Source: Bispira polyomma (lineage: Eukaryota). From it: 64,000 bases of DNA. The stretch is from positions 28,086,001 to 28,150,000 of the forward strand of contig OZ287753.1 in assembly GCA_965649765.1 (NCBI GenBank). The letters run 5' to 3'. Numbering within the stretch: position 1 is the stretch's first letter; each line of letters begins with the position of its first letter. The notes beneath the pieces are model-generated. The model did no database searches and had not been told where the DNA came from. It worked only from the letters and a program-made list of their open reading frames with translations. This document shows, piece after piece, positions 12,374 to 24,640 of the stretch. A program made the translations under genes and the position numbers.

Positions 12374-13448
12374 ATGGCACCCCGTAGACTTTATAAATGC
12401 ACGGCTTGTAAGACAAAGCATATAAAGCCAATTAATGAACAATGCCCTTGGCAGGATTTGGATAGCGACACGGAAGAAGCACAAAATGACAATACTATAT
12501 CAACAGCAGAGGTAAACCTTCGTATACTCCAAGAGTTAAAGGAACTTGGTAATAGAATGGCAAACAACCAGTGAGTAGCACACGGATACGACAGACACAG
12601 GCATTTGGCAGGTAGCAGGCACTGCAGCAACCCCAGGATCAGGCATTTGGCAGGCAGCAGGTGGTACAACAGACTCACAACGTGGAGGCAATTGGCAGGC
12701 AACAGAACCAATGGCCCACAGATGCAGAAGACCTGGTAGTCCCCTCTATCGAGACCTTAAGGCAGTCAGACCAGCTCCAGCTGCCAGTTGACAGCAGGCT
12801 GAAAGATTTGCAAGGATCAATGAGACAGGTAATTTCAAGTCTCAAAGGGGAGCACAGAAACAGTGTGGGTAAAGCAACATGTCCCTCGGCCCCAAAATTT
12901 TATTCTTGGAGGTCAGAGTAAAAATCGTATGTCTTACGACAATCTTTCCATGGCTCAGTGGGTTTCGGGGGTTTAGTGTTATAGCGCAAGAAGAAACAAA
13001 TGTAGAAATTAAAAATGCAATGCTGGAATACCTCGTAGAAATGATGGAAGATTGTCATGACTTCAGCTGGTCAGCTGCTAAAGGCAGCCATGCCGTCCTC
13101 CTATGTAAAATGGAGGAAGGCAAAATATCCTGGCTCGATACACATAAAATCGACAGGGTCAGACGAGCTCATGCTCAGAAACATGTACCTGCTCAAAGCT
13201 CCTCTTAATCATATAGCAGTAAAAGTGGCAGTAGCAAAGGCATGCCATGCAAATTCTACCAAAAAGGAACATGTCCCCATAAAAGTGACCATGAAACTAG
13301 TGGTAAATTTTATATACATGTATGTGCGACTTGTTCTGCAACGGGCAAGAACTTTCCCCACCCGGAAAAAGATTGTAGGAAAAAGATAGCTGCTGGGGCA
13401 AAAAACAAAATAGGCACTGCGAAACGGCAGTGCAACCAGATGAAATAA
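12374..13448 (+). pseudogene. E2 gag-like ORF (several frameshifts/stops)
   Basis: N-terminal CTACKTKHIKPINEQC Zn-binding motif and coiled-coil-like segment. Central GNFKSQRG..PQNFILG..YDNLSMAQWVSGF..CHDFSWSAAKGSHAVLLCKMEEGKISW. C-terminal CKFYQKGTCPH and CATC..HPEKDC zinc fingers. Homologous to E3 gag. Confidence 0.85.
13400..13433 (+). promoter_or_regulatory. Predicted -1 programmed ribosomal frameshift signal (E2 gag-pol)
   Basis: A-AAA-AAC at 13400-13406 in gag codon phase, a 7-nt spacer, then stem-loop gcactgc/gcagtgc (13414-13433). The -1 frame is open into ORF 13430-13753. Confidence 0.75.
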
Positions 13449-15764
13449 TTATGAAATGTTCGGATAGCATGAACAATTCAGAAAAAAGAACAAATTGCAC
13501 GTTGTCTCGAATTGTTTCTAACTCAAGTAATAGCAATGACATAAGTAATAACTGGAGAGCTGATTGGTCTCGGTTCGTAAACAAAACGTATGCACAAGTT
13601 GTGCAACAGGGCAGTAGTCAGAAAAAGGGCTCAAATGCAAATAAAATAAAACATAGTCTCCCCAGTTGTTCCTTCAAAGCCATTGCAAATGTAAATGTAA
13701 ATGTCAACAAATGTCATAGTGTACATACAAATGTCGGTAAAGTACATAAATAAAAATGTCATAACACAGAAAAGGTGAGTGCTGGCAAGTTGCCAGGGCC
13801 TAAATCACCAATTGTTGAGAACAATGGGGTTATAGTACAAAATCACTTTGACCCGCTTCTCTCCCTCAATGAAACGCCCCCCCCCCTCAAAATGTCACAA
13901 AGGTGGGTACACACACTGCAGGGTCACACAGGTGTACTGAACCAGCTAAAATAAATACTGAAACTTGTGCAATACAGGAGGACAAGTATAACCTCCAACT
14001 CCAAGTAAAAAACAGACATAAGGATATAGTTGCAAAGGCAAAAAATGGAATAGCCAGACAAAAGGTAAGTTCGGCTTCATTCCACTTAGTGAACTCATAA
14101 ATCTGGACACTGAAAAACCGAGTTTCAGAAATCACTCGGCTATCGAAATGCATACAGAGGTGAAAAGTAGTGCACAGCACAACTTTGTGAACAAACAGTT
14201 GGTAGTACATTCGCAGCTTAATTATGACAAATGGAAAGAACTTCTTAAAAACTACTGGGATACACAGTTACCATATTTGATTCGCTATGGCTTCCCACTA
14301 GATTTTGATAGGAAGTGTGAGTTAAAGCATAATGAACAAAATCACCACTCAGCTCGTGAGTTTACAGAAGACGTTAGGGCATATTTGAAAGAGGAAAAGG
14401 ATCACGGGGCAATTTTGGGTCCGTTTAACCGACCTTCTATTTAAGGACTGCATATATCACCATTCATGACCAGGGAGAAGCCTGGGGCCCCTCATAGGAG
14501 GGTGATAATTGATCTCCAGTTTTCTCCATGGCCATACAGTTAATGCAGCAATACACCAAAATCAGTATCTGGGAACGGAATTTCTATTAACCCTCCCAAC
14601 AATTGATGACGTCACAAATGAATTAACCAAATTGGGTAAAAACGCATTAATTTACAAGCTGGACATAAGTCGCGCCTTTCGTCACGTAAAATTAGATCCA
14701 GCTGATTATGACCTTTTAGACTTGAAGTTAGATTAGTACTACATTGACACGTGTCTACCATTTGGCTACAGACACGGCAGTGCCATATTCCAACGTTTAA
14801 GCGACGCAATGCATTACGTCATGCGTACCAAGGGATATGACGTAATAAATTATATAGACGACGTCATAGGGTACGGCAAAGCTCCTCACGTCCAAGATGC
14901 GTTTGACGCACTGTACAATCTTGTTCGAGAACTAGGTTTTGCAATAAGTGATAAGAAACTGGTAGCTCCTAGCAAAAGAGTAACGTGTCTGGGAGTACTC
15001 ATTGATACTGAAAATTTTACAGTAGAAGTTCCTCCAAAGAAACTAAGACAAATTTTACAAGTTTGTGATAGCTGGATAGGTAAAAAAGAATGCTCAAAAA
15101 GAGAACTCCAATCACTGCTCGGTTTCCTCCTTTACATATCAAAATGTGTGCGAGTAGCAAGAATTTTTCTCAACAGGATGCTAGACGTCCTGCGCAACGC
15201 ACCTGACGTAAAACGTATCAAATTAGAACTCCCCTTCTTCCAAGACCTGAATTGGTTCACTAAATTCACCAAAAAATTTAATGGTAAGGCCTTTTTCGAC
15301 CATAACCCAGTCACTGACCAGATGGAATTAGATGCCTGCTTAACAGGATTAGGTGGTCAATGCAATAATATAGTATATACAAAAATGCTCCCACTTCACT
15401 ACTTACAACTTAACATAGCTCATTTAGAAATGCTAAATATTCTAGTTGCTCTGCGGCTCTGGAAAAATGCATGGCAAGGCAAAAAACTAGTTGTACATTG
15501 TGACAACCAAGCAGTAGTCACTATTCTGAACTCGGGTAAGACAAAAAACTTAATTCTTGCAGCTATTACGCTTAACATCTTCATGGAAGTAGCAGAGGCA
15601 GACATTAACCTAAGGCCTGTGCACATATTAGGCAAACTTAATGTCAGAGCTGACTTGCTATCTAGATGGCATAAAACCTCTAAACCAAATACTGAATTGT
15701 GACAACTAGTGTCGAATGGGTAGAAGTCTCAGATAACATGTTAAATATTGACTGGAGTATTTAA
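13400..15764 (+). pseudogene. E2 pol: long N-terminal linker + RT + RNase H, disrupted
   Basis: Fragments 13430-13753, 13903-14100, 14148-14444, 14509-14736 and 14809-15702. Motifs KLDISRAFRH, LPFGYRHG, YIDD, ELDACLTGLGG, HCDN, ADLLSR. Likely original stop TAA at 15762-15764. Confidence 0.92.
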
Positions 15765-15774
15765 TCTATTTCAG

Positions 15775-16762
15775 ATATATCACCCCTGTCGCTCAATTAG
15801 CTGACCAGGCAGCATACACAGCCCATCAGGCCTTTAGGCCTGCTACACAGCATGCGTATAAAAGCATGTTTAGGGTATGTTTAGCCTACACCATATTTGC
15901 AAGCATTGACATTATCTACACTTCACCCACAGTTTTACTGTCATTTCTCCAAGTATTGGTAGCAAGTAAAGTCTCCCAGCCATCAATTGCCAATTATTTG
16001 GCTGCCATCAAAGCCAACCTTAGCTTGTATGGAATCAATGTCTTGGCCTTCTCAGACCAGCGTCTCAAATATTTCTAAAAGGCCCTAGTATTGCAAAGAC
16101 CATTCAGAGCAAGAATTAACAAGGTAATTGACATCCATCTGCTTACTCAAATAGTACAAATCTGTGACACTATGTATATGGGCCAAATCTTCAAATCAGC
16201 TTACTTATTAGCTTTCTTTTCCTTTCTTAGAATATCAAACCTGGTACCTCACACACTACATTCATTTAACCCACTGGAACAGTTAGCCATGGGGGATGTG
16301 TTCTTTGCTCCTCCTGGTCTACATTTATTAATTAAGTGGTCCAAAACCCTCCAGGACAAAAATCCAGTCAGAATAATTAAGATTCCCCGTATATATAACT
16401 CACCACTTTGTCCAGTAGTGGCCATAAGAAACACACTTGCTCTTTCACCCGGAACTCAAAACTCCCCTTTGTTTCAGTTTAAAAGTACAACAGGTTGGGG
16501 CCCACTCACAGACTCAAAACTAAGACATAATCTGAAGCAAATTCTCTCAAGACTTAACATGTCAGACTCCCCTATTACATTCCATGACTTTAGAAGATCT
16601 GGGGCCATGATGGCCTCCAACAATCATGTTCCCCTCCAGGATATCCAAAGCCATGGCACATGGACATCAGAATGTGTTTGGAAATATGTCACAAAAGACC
16701 ATAATGCATCCGACCAAGTAGCCATGGCATTTCAAAACCTACTATACAACCCTACTCCCTAA
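15775..16762 (+). pseudogene. E2 tyrosine recombinase, disrupted
   Basis: FLRISN, WSKT, LCPV, HDFRRSGA, HGTWTSECVWKY. In-frame TAA at 16076-16078 and an inferred 1-nt deletion near 15788. Confidence 0.92.
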
Positions 16763-16822
16763 TTTGGGTTTGGTGCTTTCTTTTAATCTCTTATATACTA
16801 TAAATACCATATCATGTATCTT

Positions 16823-17057
16823 AGACTAAGGTCACCTTTAAGCAGTAAACGTAAACTCAAATCTAACCTTAAATCACTAAGATTACCCTACCTTAAATCA
16901 CCATCTTAATCTAAGATGGCCTTAAATTCATATGGCATCTTGGGCTAAGATGACCTTAAATTCAAACTTATACTCAACATAGGGTAACCTTAAACTCTTA
17001 ACTTAATCTCAGTTAAGTTGTGACTTTACGACCATCTTAAACTGGTGACCTTAGTCT
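16823..17057 (+). other. E2 structured 3' non-coding domain
   Basis: Perfect 14-bp inverted repeat agactaaggtcacc (16823-16836) / ggtgaccttagtct (17044-17057). Nested stems ttacccta/tagggtaa, ccatctta/taagatgg, catctt/aagatg and aacttaa/ttaagtt. About 9 CTTAAA(T/C)TCA-like motifs. Confidence 0.8.
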
Positions 17058-17221
17058 TTCAGTTTGTACATAAAAGTAGATTAACAAAAAAGTAGAATAA
17101 ACTAATTACCCCAAAGGTTATGTTATCACTCTGTTATAAACCAACTACAAGGTCACCCTAGGACACTGAAATTATGCACAAATAAACACAACTAAAACAA
17201 ATCTGATTTCTTAAAACTGGA

Positions 17222-20200
17222 TCAATTGCAGGTAAAAACCATACTCAAAACTTTTGTCACTACATTTTTACTCAAGAATAAAAGATTTTAATGTACTTAG
17301 GGCTGGCCCGTCTCTATATTTTGTAAATATAAATTGATGGAAACAAACAAGGAATTACCAAAACTCTAAAATAAAAATAAAACAAATTCCAATTCACAGA
17401 TAGGCCAGATATGAGTCCCCAATGGTGTTTGAAGATAGGGAAGTTAGAGTGGGGCAGCAGAATGATGTCAATAAAGTATTTGATTTCTGCAACAGTAATA
17501 TATAGTATTTTGCACAGAAACAGCCATTTCTATCTGATGCTTAAATGTCAAGAAAAAAATTTAAGGGACCCTTACTTTCAAGATTAAGACAACATATCTT
17601 GATGAATGGCGATACATACTTTATCACTACTATTTATTTAATGTTAAAAATTTTTAATTTGTGCATGCCGTGAAGCTATACTTAAAAACTGAACTGATAA
17701 TTGTATGTTAGTTCAGTTTATACATTAGATGGTATAATAGACTAGATAGAGTCTTATAAAACAGTAGGCTTAACTCTAAACGTGTACAAAATTATCAAAT
17801 ATTGAAACCTACCAAGAGGGCTGGATGTACAACTTTCTGTTGCTGCCCCTATGTTATGGAATAATCTCCCTGTTAAGCTTAGATCACCCGAAACATTTTC
17901 TGGTTTTAGGAAAAACCCCGTAGTTCTATCTCTAAACACCCCAAATCCACCCTTACCGCGATGGCTATGTTTTATACTTCTCTATTGGTTAATTGGTTCT
18001 GATGGTGGGCATCAATAACGTGCTTTAAAAATACAATAATGTAATATCGCTTTCAGGTGTTTAATATCCATATTAGCAGGTGTTAAGTTACAATTATGTA
18101 ATAATGCAGCAAGTTCCCTTCTAACTCAGTGCATCTGAATAAATTGTAACCCACCTTTTTCAAATTTGTTCCCTGTTAAAACTTAAAAAAAAAAACCTTT
18201 ACACTTCTCCCTAACATACCACTGGCCAATCGCCACACAGGTACCTGTTTAGCATAGCGTTCACGCCTATCCACAAAATTCATTTTCACATTGAATGCAA
18301 ACAAGGAAGGACGTTTCAAGAAATTTAATTGCCATTGGACCACCTCCTAAGTATTAAAATCAAGTTCAATATATATTTATTTAACTTGACTTTCAACATC
18401 TTTGGTGACAGCCATATTTATTGCTGGATGAAACAATCCTTTCAAGCTTTATTTTATATGTCCTGATGAGGTTTATTTTCGTCAGACTTCAACCAATTTT
18501 TGTTTCCATCCACCCTACAGACATATGTTTCTATCTGTCTCATTTCATTGCAATTATGTGCTGAAAGATGTATATATGTAGTTATGTAAAGTTTGGATGA
18601 GTTTCTGCTGCTTTCTGCAGCATATTGGTATGACATCAGCCGAAAGAGGGAACAAAGCGAAATTCACATGTACATATTTGTCACATGGGTTTCATCATAT
18701 TAATAAATTCACAACAAAAAAACCATTACCACTATAGTAGCTAACAATTGATAATTTTGGAAAGACCACAATCAAGTTATCCAGTACAGTGCAAATGCTT
18801 TAGCAGAAACATTGAAACAGATTCAGTACATAATGAGCCAAAAATCGGCCAGATCTCTCTGTAAAAACAAAAAAAAAATGGGAAGCTTCTGTCGACATTT
18901 AATATATTAGGATAAAAGTATTAGGATAAAAAAAATCGGCCAACGTCGGCCGATATATGTCTGAGAAATGGAAGCCTCGGCTAAATCAATGACATACAAC
19001 AAGTACAGCAATTTTTTCCACGCCAAAAGACCTACTGGGATTTAATCCCATTGTCCTCAGATGTCAGTGGTAGTCTCTCAGAAGCTATTGACAATTAAAG
19101 CAGACACACATAACCACCAGGCCACTAAATATTGGGAAAATGCCTACTTTCTACTTTTGCTGGAAATTGTTAAGGAAATACTTTTGAACTTCCTTCAACG
19201 CCACAGAAAAAATACTAACTTTTTGTCAAACCTAAAGTTTAAATACATGTGCAGCAGATTTTGTTTACCAAGAAATGAGAATAACTTTCATAGTCGTAAT
19301 TAGGGCAAGGTGAGTAATTAGGTATACTTTGGACACACTGTACTGATCCTTGACAATAAAAAGAAAGCTTTTCTGGCGTTAATATTATGGAGAAGACATT
19401 TGATCATATAAAAATGTCAAAACCTCACCAGAGACAGGATCTAGTGGCCAGTGCTCTGCATTCCTATACCATGAAAGATTAAAACTAAGTATACTCATGC
19501 ATGATAATAGCTTCACCTATGGATTACTGTATATTGTCTTTATGGACCTACTTTATATAATACCTTGCCACACATCACAGTAGAACTGCCTGGACATTAC
19601 AATCAATTAATGGTTTTTGTATTGATGCCTTTGCCCCATAATTTTTATTCTCTCCACAGTTGTCTGATTGATGTTGATCTCTTTCTGACGCTAGCTGATG
19701 ATGTTTGTCTTCCAATATGTGTTTTTAACAGTGCCTTAGAATTTGGCTTCAGTGGGAAATGAAGTACTATAAGTACCCTATGGTACCTTATAGTCTAATG
19801 TAATAATTAATAATACACCGTAAGAGGCATTGTGGCATCCGTACTGATGTCTCTTCATACCTTAAAAAAATGCCTTTAGCTTCTCGTTCATTATCGAATT
19901 CTGTTTAAAAATCCATGTCACTACTTGCAAAGCTGTTGTCTCTCCCTTCCACTTTGCTACTGGCCTTTCCTTCAGTAACCTCAAGAGTGAAAATATACTT
20001 CCTGTTAAACCCACCAAGTGTACTGAATCTAAAGCTTTCTCAATCGCTGCCCCATCTTATGGAATGCTCTCTTAGTAGAGATTAGATCACAAGAACAACT
20101 TTCTGGGTCTTAAATTGCCGGGGGTAATCTAAAATTACAGTGGAGTAATTTAAAGGAGGGGGGGGGGGGGGGGGGTAATATAGAAAGGCTTCACCGGGAT

Positions 20201-20850
20201 ATAGAGACCTTGAATATTGAAATGTAAATCAAAATCTTCTTGTTTACTTATCTGCCCTAGCTACTAAATAATGGCAATGTCAGTGGAAATTTCGAGTTTT
20301 ATCGCACCAAATCAATGTCTTCTCAATCATGACATTAAGGACAATTAGACTAAAGAGATAGTCCTATAACACAGCATTTGCCGTTATCAGTGTGCATTGG
20401 TGTGCTCACATCCTTCCCTAGTATGTTATCTCCCAGCAACCATTTTTTGTATTAATGAAAGTTGAAATGGAGGTTTTCTTATCAGCAGGCCAACTCCCTA
20501 ACCATAAGGGAACCGGAGTTCACCCGGCATTAGCTTTATACCTGTAAAATGGCATGTCACTTCAGCCAGTGGGTCTTTTAAATAGAGCACTGGTGATTTA
20601 ATGCAACATGTTGTGACAAACCTGAGAAAACCATTACAACTAGCATAAACTGGCCCGTCTCTCTAATTCTTGGCCTTTTTGTACCTAATAAAATGACACC
20701 AGGGTACATTCATTAGACATGACACCACAGTTATCCATGCAAGGAAAATAGCTTTTAAGGACCTACATTTGGTTAGAGGTGGCGGTAGTTGCTCTAGTGA
20801 TCCAAGGGTTCCCGGTTTAACCCTGCTACCTTTATAGTGGAATTTAGAAT
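17222..20850 (+). repeat. Old tandem segmental duplication, copy 1 (~3.6 kb)
   Basis: Colinear similarity to 21168-24640, from caatt(g/a)caggtaaaaa to tccaagggttccc..gtggaa, with copy-specific indels. Confidence 0.9.
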
Positions 20851-21167
20851 TTAGTTGTTTTTTAACGTCACTTTCAACAGCTTAGGTCATATCTCAATGA
20901 ACAGATTGAATGGCGGAAGAAACCAATGTTACATTCTAACACTAATAATTCACTTATCTTTTATTGTAACACTCTGAGAGTCACTAATCCTCATTTTTAT
21001 AGACTTGTTGAAACGGAACCATTTACAGCACATTTGTCACACGGATGGTCATGTTTAACAATAACAGGGAAAACCCACCTCAAACCTACCATGTAAGGTA
21101 CATCTGTGATGTTATTTTTAACCATTTGTGGTGGAGCAACTAATCCTGACTTATCAAGATGATATAC

Positions 21168-24100
21168 TCAATTACAGGTAAAAAACATACCCAAAACTTT
21201 TGTCACCACATTTTTACTTAAGAATAAAAGATTTTAATGTAGTTTTGGGCTTTTTTGTAAATATAAATTGATAACAAACAAGGAATCATTTGAACTATAA
21301 AATTTAAAAAAAATAAAATTCCAATTTACAGATAGGCCAGATATGAGTCCCCAATGGTGTTTGAAGATAGGACAAGTTAGAGTAGGGCAGCAGAATGATG
21401 TCAATAAAGTATTTGATTTCTGCAACAGTAATATATAGTATTTTCCAGAGAAACAGCCATTTCTATCTGATGCCATAATGTCAAGAAAACTTTTAAGGGA
21501 CCAATACTTTCAAGACTAAGAGAATATATCTTGATGAATGGCAATACATACTTTATCACTAATATTTATTTCATGCCAAATTTTAAATTTGTGCATACCA
21601 TAACTCTATATTTATGAACTGAATTTATAACAATGATATGTTAGATGAGTATAAACCATAGATGGTATATATTAGCACAGTAAAATAGACTAATTACAAT
21701 CGTATAAAACAGGAGGTTTAACTCTACAATTTTACAAATCTAATTTAATGTAAGCTGGCTTTCAGGTATAACTTTAATTTCAGAATCTTTGGTCAAAGAG
21801 TGAGAGCCTTGATTTATTGGTGGAGGAAACCAGTAGTATATTGTACTGTAAGCCCAAGCTTCCATGTCGACGATAAAAATATGTTCCTATCTGTCATATG
21901 TCCTTGTGATCATGTTTTGTAAGATAGATATACTGTCATATGTAGTTGTATGCTATGTAGTTATATGATATGTAGTTATATGATATGTAGATATGATGAG
22001 GTTTTGCTGCTTGATACAGAAATATTTTTATTATTTCAGCCAAAATAGGGAACAAAAGAGGAAATATAAATTCATAAAGAAATTCACATGTCAATTTTTG
22101 TCACATTGGTTTCATGGTATGTCAAAAAACATTATTGCCACAATAGTAGCTAACAGTTCATAATTTTGTAAATAGCACAATAGAGTTCTCCAATACAGTG
22201 CTTTTGTAGTAACACTGAAATAAATTTATTAGATAATGTTCAATGGCACCGGTCAAAATTACCACCACAAATCGAATCTCAAGTGCCTACACTTACTGTG
22301 GCTTTTGGAATAAAAAAAATTGGCCAATTGTTATCTGAGACATATGGAAGCCTAGGCTTAGTCTTTGGCCTACAACTAGTACTTGACAAACTTTCCCACA
22401 CAAAAGGACCCACTGGGATTTAATCCCATTGTCCTCTGAGGTCAGTGGTAACCTCCCACAAGCTAATGATAATTAAATCAGACACTTTTAACCCCTAGGC
22501 CACTAAATATTGGAAAAAGTGTCTACTTACTAGTTTTGCTAGAAATTGGAAATACTTTAATTTAGTAATTACTTTAGAAGTAATAGAATATGTATTAGAG
22601 GTACATTTACAATTAATGTCATCCAATAGTGCATTGTGCTAGCAACATTGCATATAATTGTCATAAACTGTTTTTGAAGGCTGCCATTGCTTAAGACATA
22701 CAAGCTATTTTTGTTTCTTTATAAAGATTCTGAAAAATGCTGCAAAATATATTCGTAGCAGTTATCAAAATATAACTTTTTCAAGAACCAATGTGGTTCA
22801 TTTTAAAGAAGTATAACACTATTTCTTAAAGTCATTCATCTTTGAAAATACACAGATATCATCAAAAATCCCTTAATTGTTTACTGACCATTGTCATAAC
22901 TTCTGAGCTGACAACTTCTGAAACTGATTTAAAGGTTTGATTTCTGATAACTTCTGAAACTGATTTAAAGGTTTGATTTTTCTCTGGTCATTTTGTTGTT
23001 GGCGCATCTGTTCCCTGTAATTTCTGTTTTACATTCTAACTTAAAGTCTTCAATTTCCGACAATGCAAGTTTATGAGCCAGCTAGATTTCTATTACCAAG
23101 AAATGAGAATGGCTTCACTAGCCCTTAATTAAGGCAAGATGAGTCATTAGGTACACTCTAGAGTAGAGACACAGAACTGATCCCTGACAATAAAAAGAAA
23201 GCTCTCCTATCATTAACATTATGCAGAAGACAATCATACGAAAATGTCAAAATCCCACCAGATACATGATCCAGTACATAACAGTAAATTAAAGATTCAT
23301 CTTTGTAATGATGCTTTAGCCCCAGAGTTTCCATGTTATTTCATAGTTGTCTTGCTGATGTTGATTCCTTTCTAACACTGGCTAATAAACATTTGGCTTC
23401 TAATAATCTTTTCAACAGTACCCTAGAATTTGGCTTGAGTGTGACATTAAGTACTATAGATACCCTATGTTACTTTAAAGTATGATGTAACAAAGAGTAA
23501 TATATTGTAAGAGGCATTTGAGCATCTGTACTGATGCCTCTCCATTTATATTGGCTACTCATTCATTGTTGAAATTTTGTTTAAAATCTATGCCACTACT
23601 TGCAAAGCTGTTGCCTTTCAAAAGCCCTCCTGCCTTGCTTCTCATCTTTTCCTTTAGTAACCCCCAAAGAGGAAACTGATACTCTTTGTTTCCTCTGTTA
23701 AACCCACCAAGAGGGCTGGATCTAGCACTTTCTCAAATGCTGCCCCTATGTCATAGAAAATGGTCCCAGTTGAGCTTAGATCAATAGAAACATTTTCTGA
23801 AGTGTAAATTTAAACAACTATACCTGTTCACTTACCCGCCCTGGCTACCACAAAATGCTAATGGCAGAGATAATTAGGAATTTATTTTACTCAATCGATG
23901 TCAGGGGTCTTCCAAGGAGCACCATCATTGACAGTAAAACTAAAGAGATAGTCCTAGTATTTGTCGTTATCAGTGGGCATTGGTGTGCTCACATCCTGCC
24001 CAAGTATGTTATCCCCCAGTAACCATTATGGTATTAATGAAAGTCGAACCGGGTCTTTCCATCAACAAGCCAACTCCCTAACCATTAGGGAATTGGAATT

Positions 24101-24640
24101 TACCCTGCAGTATTGGCTTTATACCTGTATAATAGCAAATATAAAACAATAAAAACTCTTCGAAAATCCTCTAGTATGGTGATAAGAAGCCTAAAATTCT
24201 GATGAAATTAGATTAGGTTACAATTTGGCAAATTATGACTCGCCGCTTAGATTTTAAGGGCCACAAAAAAGTCTACATCACTCCTGCTCTTTAGCAGCTG
24301 TGTGAAAGAAACCATTCTATTAAATATAAAATGGCATGTCACTTCAGCCAGTCACTTCAGCCAAGAGGAGTCTTATAAATAGAGCACTGGTGATTTAATG
24401 CAACATGTTGTCATAAACCAGAAAAAAAACATTATGACTAGAATAAAATGGCATGTCTCTCTAATTCTCAGCCTTTTTGCACCTAATACAATAACACCAG
24501 GGTACATTCATTAGACATGACACCAGTTATCCATGCAAGGAAAATAGCTTTTTGATAACTACATTGTGCTAGTGGAAGTTGTTCTAGTGATCCAAGGGTT
24601 CCCAGTTCAACCCCCACTACCTTCATGGTGGAACTTGGAA
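21168..24640 (+). repeat. Old tandem segmental duplication, copy 2
   Basis: See copy 1. For example, cagataggccagatatgagtccccaatggtgtttgaagatagg occurs at ~17397 and ~21329. Confidence 0.9.

Larger units (their letters stand above)
11865..17168 (+). mobile_element. YR retrotransposon E2 (Ngaro-like), decayed
   Basis: Gag, RT/RNase H and YR remnants in order. The 5' end is placed at tgtaagg-tagccc-gaag-gggcta-gcagggtcagt by similarity to the E3 5' terminus. The 3' end is tentatively at caaggtcac...cactg by similarity to the E3 B repeat. No second copy of the 5' repeat was found. Confidence 0.9.

Noticed and set aside
11865-17168. DIRS1-type inverted terminal repeats / ICR in E2
   Set aside because: No convincing reverse-complement match between the 5' end and the 3' region (only 7-8 nt matches), and no methyltransferase domain.
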